Source: Thermoanaerobaculia bacterium (GTDB lineage Bacteria > Acidobacteriota > Thermoanaerobaculia > Multivoradales > UBA5704). From it: DNA of 64,000 nucleotides. Made by a program: the position numbers and the translations under genes. The notes beneath the pieces are model-generated. The model worked only from the letters and a program-made list of their open reading frames with translations, searched no databases and had not been told where the DNA came from. The DNA is taken from the NCBI GenBank assembly GCA_044226625.1, contig JBGAGQ010000003.1:156190-220189 (forward strand), in the 5' to 3' direction. This document shows positions 10,010 to 20,404 of the stretch, one piece after another. Position 1 is the stretch's first letter; the number at the start of each line of letters is the position of its first letter.

Positions 10010-10702
10010 TCAGTCGATGGCATCTTTGGACGAGCGAGCGCGTTTCGGACGCGGTGCGGTCCGAGGCTCGCCCGGCATTTCAAAGCGAGGGAGGAGGCCG
10101 AGGCGCAGGATGCGGCAGAACTCGGCGACCGCGGTCTTGGAATCGAGGCCCAGGTGCATCGGAACGCCGAAGCACTTCTCGACCGTGAAGTAGTAGAAGA
10201 ACCAGCGGGTGGCCATCATCACGCCGAACAGCGGGCTCGGATCGCCCAGCTCGCCGCGCTCTTGGCGCGCTTTCAGGTTGTCCTCGTAAGTCGCCGAGAA
10301 GCGCTCGGCCATCCGCCGGTAGAACTCGTGGATGTGCTTGCCCTTGAACTCGATGACGTCGATGTAGATCAGCAGGATCGAGTGCGAGTTGCGATCGACC
10401 ACCTGCTCGATCGCCGCGGCGAGATCCTCCAGGTCGTCCGGAAATCGGTTGGCGGCGAAGATCTTGTTGAGCGGCAGCTCGGGGTCGGTGAGCTCCTGCC
10501 AATAGCGGTCGATCAACACCGCAAGGATCTGCTCCTTGCCGCCGAAGTGGTGGTAGAGGTTACCCACCGAGACGTTCGCCTTGCGCGCGATCTGCCGCAT
10601 CGTCGTGGCGCGGAAGCCCTGCCGCGAAAACAGCGCGAGCGCCGCCTTCTGCACCTTCTTCATCGCCGCGTCGCTGCGGTCGGCCTGCGTCCTCTTGCGC
10701 AT
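10010..10702 (-). CDS. TetR/AcrR family regulator
   Basis: ALALFSRQGFRATTMRQIARKANVSVGNLYHHFGGKE HTH; start at MRKRTQ. Confidence 0.92.
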   Translation of the reverse strand: MRKRTQADRSDAAMKKVQKAALALFSRQGFRATTMRQIARKANVSVGNLYHHFGGKEQILAVLIDRYWQELTDPELPLNKIFAANRFPDDLEDLAAAIEQVVDRNSHSILLIYIDVIEFKGKHIHEFYRRMAERFSATYEDNLKARQERGELGDPSPLFGVMMATRWFFYYFTVEKCFGVPMHLGLDSKTAVAEFCRILRLGLLPRFEMPGEPRTAPRPKRARSSKDAID

Positions 10703-10730
10703 CGCTCCCGGATCCGAACCGAAGATCCCG

Positions 10731-10744
10731 AACGAACGTTCGGT
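10731..10744. promoter_or_regulatory. Putative TetR operator
   Basis: Imperfect palindrome AACGAAC|GTTCGGT about 30 bp upstream of the tetR start. Confidence 0.5.
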
Positions 10745-10923
10745 TTGTTTTGCGCGGAGGATAGGGGCGCTCCGGGGAGCGGTCAAGCCGCACCGCGGCG
10801 TAAATCGGGAGGAGGATCGGGACGGGATTCGTCAGGCGGAGCGAAGCTCGCTCCACGCGGAAGCTAACCCGCGGCGCTTCCGATCGTCTAACCTTCCGGA
10901 ACGACTCTCCGAGGAGGAAACTC

Positions 10924-11481
10924 ATGCGCCTTCGACCGCTCGCCCTTTGCCTCGCCCTCGCCCTGATCGCCGCCGGCGCACGGGCGGCTCAGGAATCCCC
11001 TTCTCCGGAGGCACTCGCGAAGACGGCGGCGGAGCTCACGCGCAAGGGCGACTGGGCCGGGTTTGCCCGGATGATGCACCCGGAGGCACTCGCCGAGCTC
11101 ACGCGGATCTTCCGGCCGATCGTCGCGGCCGAAGGGGCCGGTCCGATGCGGTCGGCGTTCTTCGGCGTCGAGAGCCTCGAGCAGTTCGACGCTCTCACGG
11201 ATGCCGGGGTGTTCGAGCGGTTGATGACCAATCTGGCGAAGAACGTCCCGGCGGTGGCCGAGGCGATGTCGACGTCCGAGATCTTCGTCGTCGGCTCGCT
11301 TCCCGAGGAGGACCAGCTGGTCCACGTCGTCTACCACGGGGGCGCCAAGGCTGAAGGGCTGATTTTCTCGAAGACCTCGGTGATGACCTTCCGCCGCTAC
11401 AACGGCGAGTGGCGGGCGCTGCTGTCGGGAAACGTCGAAGGGCTCGCGGCGCGCCTGCGGCAATTGACGCAAGCGAAGTGA
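10924..11481 (+). CDS. Secreted hypothetical protein
   Basis: GAGGAGG RBS, signal peptide ending ARA, high-GC codon usage. Confidence 0.75.
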   Translation: MRLRPLALCLALALIAAGARAAQESPSPEALAKTAAELTRKGDWAGFARMMHPEALAELTRIFRPIVAAEGAGPMRSAFFGVESLEQFDALTDAGVFERLMTNLAKNVPAVAEAMSTSEIFVVGSLPEEDQLVHVVYHGGAKAEGLIFSKTSVMTFRRYNGEWRALLSGNVEGLAARLRQLTQAK

Positions 11482-11493
11482 CGGGTCCGTTCC

Positions 11494-12486
11494 TCATGTC
11501 GGGTCGAAAAGGCGCAGCCGATCCTCGATCCAGCCGCGGACCTCGGCCGCGCAGCCGACCCGCGCGAGCGCGGTGCGAAACTGCTCTCGATACTCTGGCT
11601 CCGCCAGATAGTGGTAGTGCAACAGGATCGGAATCCGCCCCGGCTCCAGCGGCCATGCCGGGGTGCCGTCGACGTGCAGGTGCAGCGGGATGTTGAACCG
11701 ATCGTCGTAGACCCGGACGTCCGAGGTTCGACTCCAGATAGCGACGGAGAGCGCGGCCTGGCTCGCGCCCCACCATTCGCTGGCCGCGCGGCCGACGAAC
11801 CCGGTGGAGGCGAGGATGTCGAGACCGGCTCCGGCCCACGGCCGCAGATGCTCCGCCCGAGACGCGAAGAAGATTTCCCGGGTCCGCTCGAGAATCCCGA
11901 GATCGCGCCGGACCACAGTGAAGCCGCCGTTGTACGAGGCGCGGATCGACGCTCGATCGATCGTCGTCTCGAGGAATGGCAGACGGTCGAGCCCGATTCC
12001 GCCGAGCGCGCAAAGACGGGACCAATACGCCTCCAGCGGGTCTCCCTGACCGCTCGAAGCCGACCCTTTGAGGTCGACCGGCCGAATCCCGACGTCGGCG
12101 CGCACCAACTCGGGCTCCCCCACCCAGACCATGTCGGAATCAAGCATCACGAGAAACTTCGATTCGAGGTTGCCCTCAGCCCAGGCACCCACGACGATGC
12201 GGTTGATCGTGCCGTAGGCGCTCGCGGTCTCGTTCAGGGACTCGGCCCGATAGGTCACGTCCAGCGCCTCGAGGCGGGAAACGTGGTCGGGCGAGAGGGC
12301 CAGGTGAGGTCGCGGCGCGACGGCGACGATCGCAGAGCTCCGGTAGCGGCCACCGAACGTCCGCAGGCTCTCACAGAGAAGGAGCGCCTGCGGCAGGAGC
12401 CGGTTCTCCTCCACGCAGAGGAGGAACGTAACCTCTCCTTCCCCAAGGGTGTCCATCGCGAGCTCCGCGCCGGAAAGTCCGGTCAT
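11494..12486 (-). CDS. Putative GT-A fold (GT8-like) glycosyltransferase
   Basis: ALLLCESLR, LVMLDSD (DxD), YNGGF, SQAALS, LLHYH; ATGA-coupled to upstream GT4. Confidence 0.6.
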   Translation of the reverse strand: MTGLSGAELAMDTLGEGEVTFLLCVEENRLLPQALLLCESLRTFGGRYRSSAIVAVAPRPHLALSPDHVSRLEALDVTYRAESLNETASAYGTINRIVVGAWAEGNLESKFLVMLDSDMVWVGEPELVRADVGIRPVDLKGSASSGQGDPLEAYWSRLCALGGIGLDRLPFLETTIDRASIRASYNGGFTVVRRDLGILERTREIFFASRAEHLRPWAGAGLDILASTGFVGRAASEWWGASQAALSVAIWSRTSDVRVYDDRFNIPLHLHVDGTPAWPLEPGRIPILLHYHYLAEPEYREQFRTALARVGCAAEVRGWIEDRLRLFDPT

Positions 12487-13535
12487 CTCCACCCGTCCGA
12501 TCGACCGGATTTCTCGGAGTGCTCCTTGGTCGCGGAGCCGCCGGCCAGCACCGCGCGAAACATCGCTGCATAGCGAGCCGCCTGCCTCGACCAACTCCAG
12601 TCCTCCACCGCCGCGCGGGCGGCCCGCCCCATGCGTCGGCGCAGATCCTCGTCATCGCGTAATCGAACGATCTTCGCAGCGAAATCGCCCGGATCCCGCT
12701 TGGCGAAGAAGCCGTTTTCGCCGTCCCGGATCAGCTCGGGCATGTTGCCGACCGGCGTGGTGATCACCGGCAGGCCGCAGGCTGATGCCTCCAGGCAGGG
12801 GTTCGGCGTCCCTTCGCTTCGGCTCGCGCATAGGTAAACGTCGATCCCGCGATAGAACTCGAGCATCTCGTCGCGGTCGCGCCACGTCTCTTCGCGCACG
12901 GCCAACCGCACTTCGACGCCGGCCCGTTCCGCCGCAGGCTCGATCACCTCTCGGACACCGCGGTGCTCTGGGCCATGGTTGGTGAGGCTCCCCGCCCACC
13001 CGACGCGAAACGGCCGTCGCGACCGCACCGGCACCTCGGAGGAGCCGGGACGAAAGAAATCGACATCGACCCCGTTCGGGGTGTAATGGACGGGTCGGCT
13101 CAAAATCGACCGCATCTCCTCGAAGAGCCGTCGGTTGTTGGCGAAGACCGCCGCAGGCATCCCATTGAGGGTCCGAACCGCGGGCTCGCGCCAAGCTCCC
13201 TCCAGCTCGTAATGGCTGCATACACCGATCATCAGGCGGTCGCGCCGCTTCGCCAGCTCCGCCCGCAGGCCCGCGAGCCGCTCGACCTGGAGCCAATAGT
13301 AGAGAAGCACACCGTCGGCGCGGACTAGGTCGTCGGCGTTCACCTGATCCTGGTATCGCTTGACGATCTCGAACGATCCGGCGAGCTCTCGCGCCAGCGC
13401 ATCGGTCTTCCGGTCGTGGGCCCAGTTCGGTCGATCGACGACGCACAGGACGACCGGCCGTGCGCGTGTCGCGAACGGCCTCCCGAGCCAGCGCCGTAAT
13501 CGGGGGCCGAGCGCCAGGCCGCTCAAACTCGCCAT
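12483..13535 (-). CDS. Glycosyltransferase family 4
   Basis: PNGVD, SRSEGTPNPCLEASACGLPVITT, IRDGENG. Confidence 0.9.
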   Translation of the reverse strand: MASLSGLALGPRLRRWLGRPFATRARPVVLCVVDRPNWAHDRKTDALARELAGSFEIVKRYQDQVNADDLVRADGVLLYYWLQVERLAGLRAELAKRRDRLMIGVCSHYELEGAWREPAVRTLNGMPAAVFANNRRLFEEMRSILSRPVHYTPNGVDVDFFRPGSSEVPVRSRRPFRVGWAGSLTNHGPEHRGVREVIEPAAERAGVEVRLAVREETWRDRDEMLEFYRGIDVYLCASRSEGTPNPCLEASACGLPVITTPVGNMPELIRDGENGFFAKRDPGDFAAKIVRLRDDEDLRRRMGRAARAAVEDWSWSRQAARYAAMFRAVLAGGSATKEHSEKSGRSDGWR

Positions 13536-14320
13536 TGCACGCAGTGGGTCGTCCTCGGAGCGGACGGATCGAGATCGCCATCGACGACGAGCCGCTTCAG
13601 TTCCCTCTCCGAGGGAAGCTCAACCGACTCCGCGCGGAGCGTCGGTCGCCAGCTATGCCAACCACCGCGAACCTCCTCCGGGTCGTAGGTCTTCGCGGCG
13701 TATTTCCGCGCCACGTGCTCGCGGCTCAGGAAGAGGTAATGGCACATCTTGAACCGGTGCGGTGAAAGCCGTTGGTCGGCAAAGCGGACGTTGTGCCCGC
13801 CGGTGCTCGCGAGGTCCACCCGCGCCGGCTGCCGCTTCCATGCCCGCACCAGATGGAGGGGGCTCGGGGCGAACGGGTAGTACCAGCGCATGGTGCGTCG
13901 AAAGTCCGGGTGGTCGTGGTGCGGTTCTTCGCGCGTGGGCACGAACGTGAACTCCTGAAACTCGATCGCGTCATACCCCTCGCGATCCGCTTCCGCGAAC
14001 GCCTCGAGCAGCGTCTGGCCCGGTCGCGGCGGCAAGAGGATCTCGTCGGCATCGAGATGGATGAACCAGTCGGCGTCCAGCTCCGCCGCCAGCGCCTCCT
14101 TGCGGCCCAGGATCTGTCGCCAGCGAAACGTGCCGTCCCGAGGGAGCCGTTCGATGCCTCGGAGCCCGAGCCCGAGGTAGGCGGCGGCGATCGTCTCGGT
14201 GCGATCGGTCGACTGGTTGTCGCACAAGTAGGCTTCCACCCCGTGGGCGGCGAGGTGCTCCAGGCAGCCGCCGATGAAGCGTTCCTCGTTGTAGGCCGCG
14301 ATGATCGCCAGCACCCGCAT
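13523..14320 (-). CDS. Glycosyltransferase family 2
   Basis: MRVLAIIAAYNEE, DNQSTDRT, HLDADE. Confidence 0.88.
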   Translation of the reverse strand: MRVLAIIAAYNEERFIGGCLEHLAAHGVEAYLCDNQSTDRTETIAAAYLGLGLRGIERLPRDGTFRWRQILGRKEALAAELDADWFIHLDADEILLPPRPGQTLLEAFAEADREGYDAIEFQEFTFVPTREEPHHDHPDFRRTMRWYYPFAPSPLHLVRAWKRQPARVDLASTGGHNVRFADQRLSPHRFKMCHYLFLSREHVARKYAAKTYDPEEVRGGWHSWRPTLRAESVELPSERELKRLVVDGDLDPSAPRTTHCVQWRV

Positions 14321-14401
14321 GAGATAGAGGATAATCGAGCCTCCAAGACCCGCCAAACGCCATGTTCTCAATCCGGTAACCCTTCCGACACTGGAGCTTC
14401 G

Positions 14402-15568
14402 ATGTCGTCTCCGCTCATCGTCTGCGGTATGCACCGCTCTGGAACCTCGCTCGTCGCGAGCGCTCTCGAAAGAGCGGGTCTCGCGATCGGCCGCGACGTG
14501 GCGTCCCCCGGCCTCGGCAATCCGCGGGGTCATTTCGAGGACTCCGATTTCCTCGACCTGCACGAGGAGATGCTCGCGGCGAAGGGTGAGAGTTGTTTCT
14601 CGATCGGACCGGACTTCGAGCCGCCCGCGGACGTGCGCTTCGTCGACCGAGCCCGGGAGCTGGTCGCGGAACGGCAGTCGAACGACGTCTGGGGTTGGAA
14701 AGATCCGCGCACCACGCTGTTCCTCGAGTTCTGGGACCACGTGGTGCCCGACGCGCGGTACCTTTTCCTCTATCGCCCACCGGTCGACGTCGCCCTTTCG
14801 CTCTGGCGGCGCAACGGCGATCTCGAGCTGCGCGAAGCCCCCTGGCGCGTGATCCTCGCCTGGGAGGTCTACAACCGGCGCCTGCTCGACTTCGCCGCGC
14901 GGCACCCCCATCGCTGCCACGTCGCCCAGGTGCCTGCGGTCGCCGCCGACCTCGGGACGCTGGTGCGAGCGCTGCGCGACGATCTCGGCGTTCCCCTGCG
15001 CGAGGACGCCGTGGGCGCCGTCTACGTCCCTCGGGAGCTTTCGGTGGAAGTGCCGCCGAATCCCGTCTGGGAGGGCCTGATCCCCGAGGCCCTCGCGCTC
15101 TATCGCCTCCTCGAGGAGCGCGCGGCCCGGCCCGCGCTCGGAAACGGCCCCGGCGAGCTCTCCCCGGAATCCTCCCGCGAGCTGGTGCTGCTCCGCGCGG
15201 CCGAAACCCTCCTCTTCGCGCTCCTCGAACGATGTGACCGGAAGCCGAGGACCGAGACGCCGTCGATCGACCAGCGCAAGGCGTATCACCGCATCCGCAT
15301 GGAGGACGAGGCGGCGGTCGCCTTGGACTTCGCGCTCGAAAGCGGCCTGCCCGAGACGAGCGAGATGGCCGCCGCTCTGGTGCGCGAGCGCGAGCGGATC
15401 GAAGAGCTGATCGCCGGCCTGATCGACGAACGCGAGCGCTGCGCCGCCGCCGAGGCTCGCGCCGCCGAGCTCGGACGGACGATCCGCGGCATCGAGCAGT
15501 CGTGGAGCTTCGCCCCGACCCGCGCCTGGTGGTGGCTGCGCGGCCGTCTCGGCCGACGGAAGTCGTAG
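14402..15568 (+). CDS. Sulfotransferase family protein with C-terminal coiled coil
   Basis: IVCGMHRSGTS 5'-PSB loop, NPRGHFED, WGWKDPR, YRPPVDVALSL. Confidence 0.85.
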   Translation: MSSPLIVCGMHRSGTSLVASALERAGLAIGRDVASPGLGNPRGHFEDSDFLDLHEEMLAAKGESCFSIGPDFEPPADVRFVDRARELVAERQSNDVWGWKDPRTTLFLEFWDHVVPDARYLFLYRPPVDVALSLWRRNGDLELREAPWRVILAWEVYNRRLLDFAARHPHRCHVAQVPAVAADLGTLVRALRDDLGVPLREDAVGAVYVPRELSVEVPPNPVWEGLIPEALALYRLLEERAARPALGNGPGELSPESSRELVLLRAAETLLFALLERCDRKPRTETPSIDQRKAYHRIRMEDEAAVALDFALESGLPETSEMAAALVRERERIEELIAGLIDERERCAAAEARAAELGRTIRGIEQSWSFAPTRAWWWLRGRLGRRKS

Positions 15569-15619
15569 TTTCCCAACTCTCCCGACGCTGACCCGCCCGC
15601 TTTCGAGGGGAAGGCGAAG

Positions 15620-16273
15620 CTACGGCTCGGCGTCAGGTCTCGAGGGCAGGAGCGCCTCCCGCCTCTTGCGTGTGAGGTAGAGCACGAGCAGAGCGAGCGC
15701 CGCGCCGAGTAGGGCGAACGACATGTCCTTCTGCGCGTCCCAGGGGTCTCCCTGCTGGCCGTTGTAGGCGTCCGCGTCGGCCCCGGCGAGAACCAGCGAC
15801 AGACCCCATTCGAACAGCTCGTAGACCATGCTCCAGGCGAGCACGAACTCGAAAGCGGCGTAGTAGGCGAACCGGCGCGGTGCCCGGAAGTAGCGGACGC
15901 AGACTTCCCAGACCGGCCGGACCCACAGGGCCCCGAAACCGAAATGCACCAGGCGGTCGAAATGATTGCGCCGGAACCCGAATCGCTCGGTGAGCGAAAA
16001 GCCGATGAGCCGCCGCGCCCATTCGTCATAGGGGACGTACGAGTAGATGTAGCGCGCGCCGACGACGTGAAGCAGGAGGAATGCCGCGAGGCAGGTGACC
16101 GCCGGGCTCGAGAGAGGAAAGCGCCGTGCGGCGAGCGGCCAGAGCACGAGGCACAGCACGGTCGGAATGTGCTGGAGCAGCATTTGGTCCGGATACGGAG
16201 CCGCGATGCAGCTCGCGAGGAGAGCGAAGAGGCAGAGCGCCCAGAGGGCGCTCTGATAGCGATCACCGAACAT
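15620..16273 (-). CDS. DUF2238 (YjdF-like) membrane protein
   Basis: HVVGARYIYSYVPY, RNHFDRLVHFGFG, QQGDPWDAQKDM. Confidence 0.88.
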   Translation of the reverse strand: MFGDRYQSALWALCLFALLASCIAAPYPDQMLLQHIPTVLCLVLWPLAARRFPLSSPAVTCLAAFLLLHVVGARYIYSYVPYDEWARRLIGFSLTERFGFRRNHFDRLVHFGFGALWVRPVWEVCVRYFRAPRRFAYYAAFEFVLAWSMVYELFEWGLSLVLAGADADAYNGQQGDPWDAQKDMSFALLGAALALLVLYLTRKRREALLPSRPDAEP

Positions 16274-16305
16274 CGACTCGGCCGAAGCGCGCGATTCCGC
16301 TCCGG

Positions 16306-18744
16306 TCAGTCCCGCCGCAACGCCGTCAGCGGATCGAGATCCGCCGCCCGGCGCGCGGGGAGGAAGCTCGCGTACAAGGCGACCGCCGCGAGGAGCGAAG
16401 GGGCGAGGAGGAACGACAGCGGATCGGTGGCCGAGGTTCCGAACAGGAGCCCTTCGAGCCAGCGGGTGTGCACGAACGCCGCCGCGAGCCCCGCGGCGAG
16501 CCCGACGCCCGTGAGCGCCGAGGCCTGGCCGACGACCAACCCGAGCACCTGGCCGCGCCGGGCGCCGAGCGCCATGCGCACCCCGATCTCGTGGGTGCGC
16601 CGGCTCACGGCATAGGAGATGACGCCGTAGATGCCGAGCGCGGCGAGGGCGAGCGCGAGCCCGCCGAAGAGGGAGAGGAGGAGCGCGGTGAAGCGGGGCC
16701 GGGTGACCGCCTCGGAGACCAGCTGGGAGAGCGGCGCGAGGTCCGAGATCGGCTGGGTCCGGTCGACCTCGGCGATCGCCGCGCGCACCGCCCCGGCGAG
16801 CCCCAGCGGATTTCCGGCGGTGCGGACGAAGATCTTCATCGTCGAACGCCGGGCGATCGAGTTCGGCACGTAGAGCGCCGGGGCGGGGGGCGTCGCGAGG
16901 TTCTCGTTCCGCACGTCGCCCACCACGGCGATCACCTCGACCGGCTTGGCGCCGAACAGGAGGTGCCGGCCGACCGCATCTCCTCCCGGCCAGAGCCGTC
17001 GAGCGAGCGCCCGGTTGACGATCATCGCCGGGGGTGCCTCCACGCCATCCCGCGCGGTGAAGTCGCGGCCCGCGAGCCGCGGGATACCGAGCGCCCGGAA
17101 ATAGCCTGGGGTCACGATGAACGTGCCGCCCTCTGGGGTGATCTCCTCGTCCCGCCCCTCGACCTTGAAGGAGTAGGGCTCGCCGCCGCCGCGCAGCGGT
17201 AGCGTCTTACTGCCTCCGACCGATTCGACACCCGGCAGCTCGGCGATCCGCGCGAGGAGCCGGTTCTGGTAGCGGGTCATGTCGGCCGGATCGGCGAATT
17301 TGCCATCGGCGAGGCTCACGGAGAGCGCCAACACGTGATCGGACCGGAAGCCCGGATCGACCTCGAGCAGGTTCCGGAAGCTTCGGACCAGCAGCCCCGC
17401 CCCGATCAGCAGCACGGTGGCCAGCGCCGTTTCCGCGACCACCAGCGCGCCGCGCGCGGCGCGGCCGCGCCGCCCCTCTCCTCCCCCGCGTCCCCCCTCG
17501 CGCAAGGCCTCGGGCGCCCGCGAGCTTGCGGCACGGAGGGCGGGGAGAACCCCGGAGAGCACCCCCGTCGCGATCGAGAGAGCAAGCGTGAACAGGAACA
17601 CCGCGAGATCGGGGCGGATCTCCTCGGCCCGCGGCAGCTCGCGGCCGCCGAGCGCGATCAGGGCGTCGACGCCCCAACCGGCAAGGAGGAATCCGAGCCC
17701 CCCGCCGATCAGCGCGAGCAGCACGTTCTCGGTGAGGATCTGCCGCGCGAGCCGACCGCCTCCGGCACCCAGCGCGGCGCGCACCGCAAGCTCGTGCCGC
17801 CGCGTGGTCGTCCGGGCGAGCAAGAGATTCGTGAGGTTCGCGCAGGCGATCATCAGGACGAACGCCACCGCGGCGAACAGCACCAGGAGAGCCGGCCTCA
17901 GATCCCCGACCAGCGATTCGCGCAACGGCCGCACCACGGCGCGCTCCCGTTTCTCGTTGGTCTCGGGGTAGGCGCGCGCGAGCCGCGCGAACAGGGTGCT
18001 CGAGGCCGCCGTCGCCTGCTCGATCGTGGCCCCGGGGGCGAGGCGCGCCACCACCTCCATCCAGCGGAGGCCGCGCAGGTGGGGAATGTCGTCCTCACCC
18101 ACTAACGAAATCGGCGCCCAGAGATCGACCTCGCGCGTCGGCAGCACGAACGACGGGGGCATGACGCCCACCACCGTGAACGGCTCGCCTTCGAGCGTGA
18201 CCTGCCGGCCGACCACCGCCGGGCTCGCGCCGAAGCGCCGTCGCCAGAGGCCGTCGGAGAGAACCACGACGTGATCTTTGCCCACGGCGTCGTCCGATGG
18301 CTCGATCGTCCGGCCGAGCGCGGCGGGGATGCCGAGGGTCGAAAAATAGCCGCCCGAAACGGTCGCCGAATCGACGCGCTCCGGCTCGCCGTCGCCCACC
18401 AGGTTCATGCCGGTGAGCCCGGCCATGAAATGCGAGGCCGCGATCTTCGCAAACGGTGAGGGCTTCCCCGGCTTCGGGGAGAGATCGGCCACCAGGTCGT
18501 CGTAATCCTGGGGCGAAAACGCGGCCGAGATCCCGCCCGCCTGCTCCGGATCGGCGTAGTAGACGCGCACCAACCGGTCGGGCTCGGGATACGGCAGCGG
18601 CCGGAGCAGCACGCCGTAGAGAACGCTCCAGATCGCGCTGTTGGCGCCGATCCCGAGCGCCAGGGTCGCGATCGCCACGGCGGCGAAGCCGGGGCTCTTC
18701 TTCAAGGTACGCGCCGCGTAGCGAACGTCGTCGAGCAAGGTCAT
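16306..18744 (-). CDS. ADOP/MacB-FtsX duplicated ABC permease
   Basis: [61 protein letters not shown]. Confidence 0.93.
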   Translation of the reverse strand: MTLLDDVRYAARTLKKSPGFAAVAIATLALGIGANSAIWSVLYGVLLRPLPYPEPDRLVRVYYADPEQAGGISAAFSPQDYDDLVADLSPKPGKPSPFAKIAASHFMAGLTGMNLVGDGEPERVDSATVSGGYFSTLGIPAALGRTIEPSDDAVGKDHVVVLSDGLWRRRFGASPAVVGRQVTLEGEPFTVVGVMPPSFVLPTREVDLWAPISLVGEDDIPHLRGLRWMEVVARLAPGATIEQATAASSTLFARLARAYPETNEKRERAVVRPLRESLVGDLRPALLVLFAAVAFVLMIACANLTNLLLARTTTRRHELAVRAALGAGGGRLARQILTENVLLALIGGGLGFLLAGWGVDALIALGGRELPRAEEIRPDLAVFLFTLALSIATGVLSGVLPALRAASSRAPEALREGGRGGGEGRRGRAARGALVVAETALATVLLIGAGLLVRSFRNLLEVDPGFRSDHVLALSVSLADGKFADPADMTRYQNRLLARIAELPGVESVGGSKTLPLRGGGEPYSFKVEGRDEEITPEGGTFIVTPGYFRALGIPRLAGRDFTARDGVEAPPAMIVNRALARRLWPGGDAVGRHLLFGAKPVEVIAVVGDVRNENLATPPAPALYVPNSIARRSTMKIFVRTAGNPLGLAGAVRAAIAEVDRTQPISDLAPLSQLVSEAVTRPRFTALLLSLFGGLALALAALGIYGVISYAVSRRTHEIGVRMALGARRGQVLGLVVGQASALTGVGLAAGLAAAFVHTRWLEGLLFGTSATDPLSFLLAPSLLAAVALYASFLPARRAADLDPLTALRRD

Positions 18745-18903
18745 GGGGCGCTCCTCCTTGTCGTGGTTGTCCCTAGCCTACGAAAAAGGGCCGCCCAAGG
18801 TTCCACCGTTCATCCCGGTTCGCCGCTTGCGCGCTCCTTCGGGCTGCCCTAGGCTTCCCCCTCCCATTCCATGGTGGTGCTGTCCCTTTGGAGGAGGCTT
18901 CTC

Positions 18904-19515
18904 ATGAGCGACCTGCCCGATACGATCGCCGAAGCGGTCGAGAACGCCGGTGACGATGCCGGTTCGTCCCTGAACTCGGTGATCGCCCTGCTGGTCGCGC
19001 TGATCGCGACCTTCATGGCCGTCTGCAACATCAAGGACGGCAACATCTGCCAGGTGATGGCGCAGCAGCAAGCGAAAGCCGTCGATTCCTGGTCGTACTA
19101 CCAGGCGAAGAGCATGAAGCAAAACCTCGCCGAGAGCGTGCTCGACCAGCTCACGTTCGAGAAGGAGTCCGGCGCCGATCGCCTGGCCCCCGCCGCCGCC
19201 GCGTTGCTCGACAAGAAGATCGCGGCTTATTCGGAGAAGGTGACGAAGTACGGCTCGGAAAAAGACGAGATCAAAGCCCAGGCCGAAGCCGCCGAGGCCG
19301 AATACGACCGTCTGGGTCTCCACGACGACCAGTTCGACATCTCCGAGGCGGCGCTGAGCATCGCGATCGCGCTGCTCGGCGTCAGCGCGCTCACCCGCAA
19401 GCGCTGGCTCGTCGGCGTAGCGCTCTTCTTCGCCATCGCCGGACTGGTCTTCGGCCTCGCGGGCTTCCTCGGCTGGGGCCTACACCCGGATGCCGTGGCG
19501 AAGATCCTGACGTAG
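18904..19515 (+). CDS. DUF4337 membrane protein
   Basis: GGAGG RBS; CNIKDGNI, DSWSYYQAKSMKQ, HDDQFD. Confidence 0.8.
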   Translation: MSDLPDTIAEAVENAGDDAGSSLNSVIALLVALIATFMAVCNIKDGNICQVMAQQQAKAVDSWSYYQAKSMKQNLAESVLDQLTFEKESGADRLAPAAAALLDKKIAAYSEKVTKYGSEKDEIKAQAEAAEAEYDRLGLHDDQFDISEAALSIAIALLGVSALTRKRWLVGVALFFAIAGLVFGLAGFLGWGLHPDAVAKILT

Positions 19516-19563
19516 AAACTCGGCACCCTCGATTCCCGTAAGGCTCCCCAGGAGGGCACGAGC

Positions 19564-19761
19564 ATGTGGACATTCCTCGCCTGGCTGATCCTTTTCCTGC
19601 TCTGCTGGCCGCTCGCGCTCTTGGCGCTGGTGCTCTACCCGTTCGTCTGGCTGCTCTCGATCCCGTTCCGGCTCGTCGGGATCACGCTCGAAGCGGTGTT
19701 CGCGTTCCTGCGCGCGATCCTCTTCCTGCCGGCCCGAGTGCTCGGGGGAGGTCGGGCTTAG
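19564..19761 (+). CDS. Small hydrophobic membrane protein
   Basis: GGAGG RBS; CWPLALLALVLYPFVWLLSIPFRLVG. Confidence 0.75.
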   Translation: MWTFLAWLILFLLCWPLALLALVLYPFVWLLSIPFRLVGITLEAVFAFLRAILFLPARVLGGGRA

Positions 19762-19768
19762 CGGTTTG

Positions 19769-20341
19769 TTACGGCGGCGTTTTCTCCGTTCGACCGGCGG
19801 AGGCCTGTCGATCCCTTCCTGTATCACCCGGACGGTCGGACAGGTAGCGAAGGGGCTCCTCCATTCGGCGGCAATTCCGAATCTCGAGGAGGGCCTCCGA
19901 CCGATCGAGCAGGAAATCGAAACGCCTGACTCCGAGACGGCTGCTCTGATCGATTTGAAGGTAGCGGACCTGGCCAGCTCGGAGGTTGAGCTGAATTCCT
20001 CCGTAATCCTGGCTCACGGTGGAATGGAATCCGCTTTTTAGAATCCAGTACGCGGAGGCCCGGATCGCGGTCGACCCAGGCGCCACGGCCACCGATGAGT
20101 AGGTACCCCTCTGTACTTCCTCGAAAGCGGCGGCCCCTACCGATACCCAAACACGTTTCATCGAGCCGGGTCCTCCAGCGGGCCAATAAACGTAGATGAG
20201 GGCCTTATCCGGAGGCGGGGCTTCAGGTCGGGCGAAGAGATCTCCCGGTCGCGCCCACGGAGGCGGCTCCTCACAGGCCCCAAGGACGCCCGCGAGCAAC
20301 ATCCAGGGCAGGCATCTCGACCAGATCGTGGCGCTTCTCAT
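19769..20341 (-). CDS. Putative lipoprotein (DUF2846-like)
   Basis: Lipobox LGAC; PPPDKALIYVY; LRAGQVRYL. Confidence 0.6.
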   Translation of the reverse strand: MRSATIWSRCLPWMLLAGVLGACEEPPPWARPGDLFARPEAPPPDKALIYVYWPAGGPGSMKRVWVSVGAAAFEEVQRGTYSSVAVAPGSTAIRASAYWILKSGFHSTVSQDYGGIQLNLRAGQVRYLQIDQSSRLGVRRFDFLLDRSEALLEIRNCRRMEEPLRYLSDRPGDTGRDRQASAGRTEKTPP

Positions 20342-20404
20342 CGATAGCTCGCTCCCCCTATGGAGCTACGCGAGATAGGGAATCTTTGTGGCTCGACTCG
20401 ATCG

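Noticed and set aside
7036-10188. 1050-aa plus-strand ORF and similar long ORFs (67..993, 24322..26394, 26455..28638, 59523..61982)
   Set aside because: Antisense shadows of well-supported genes, common in high-GC DNA
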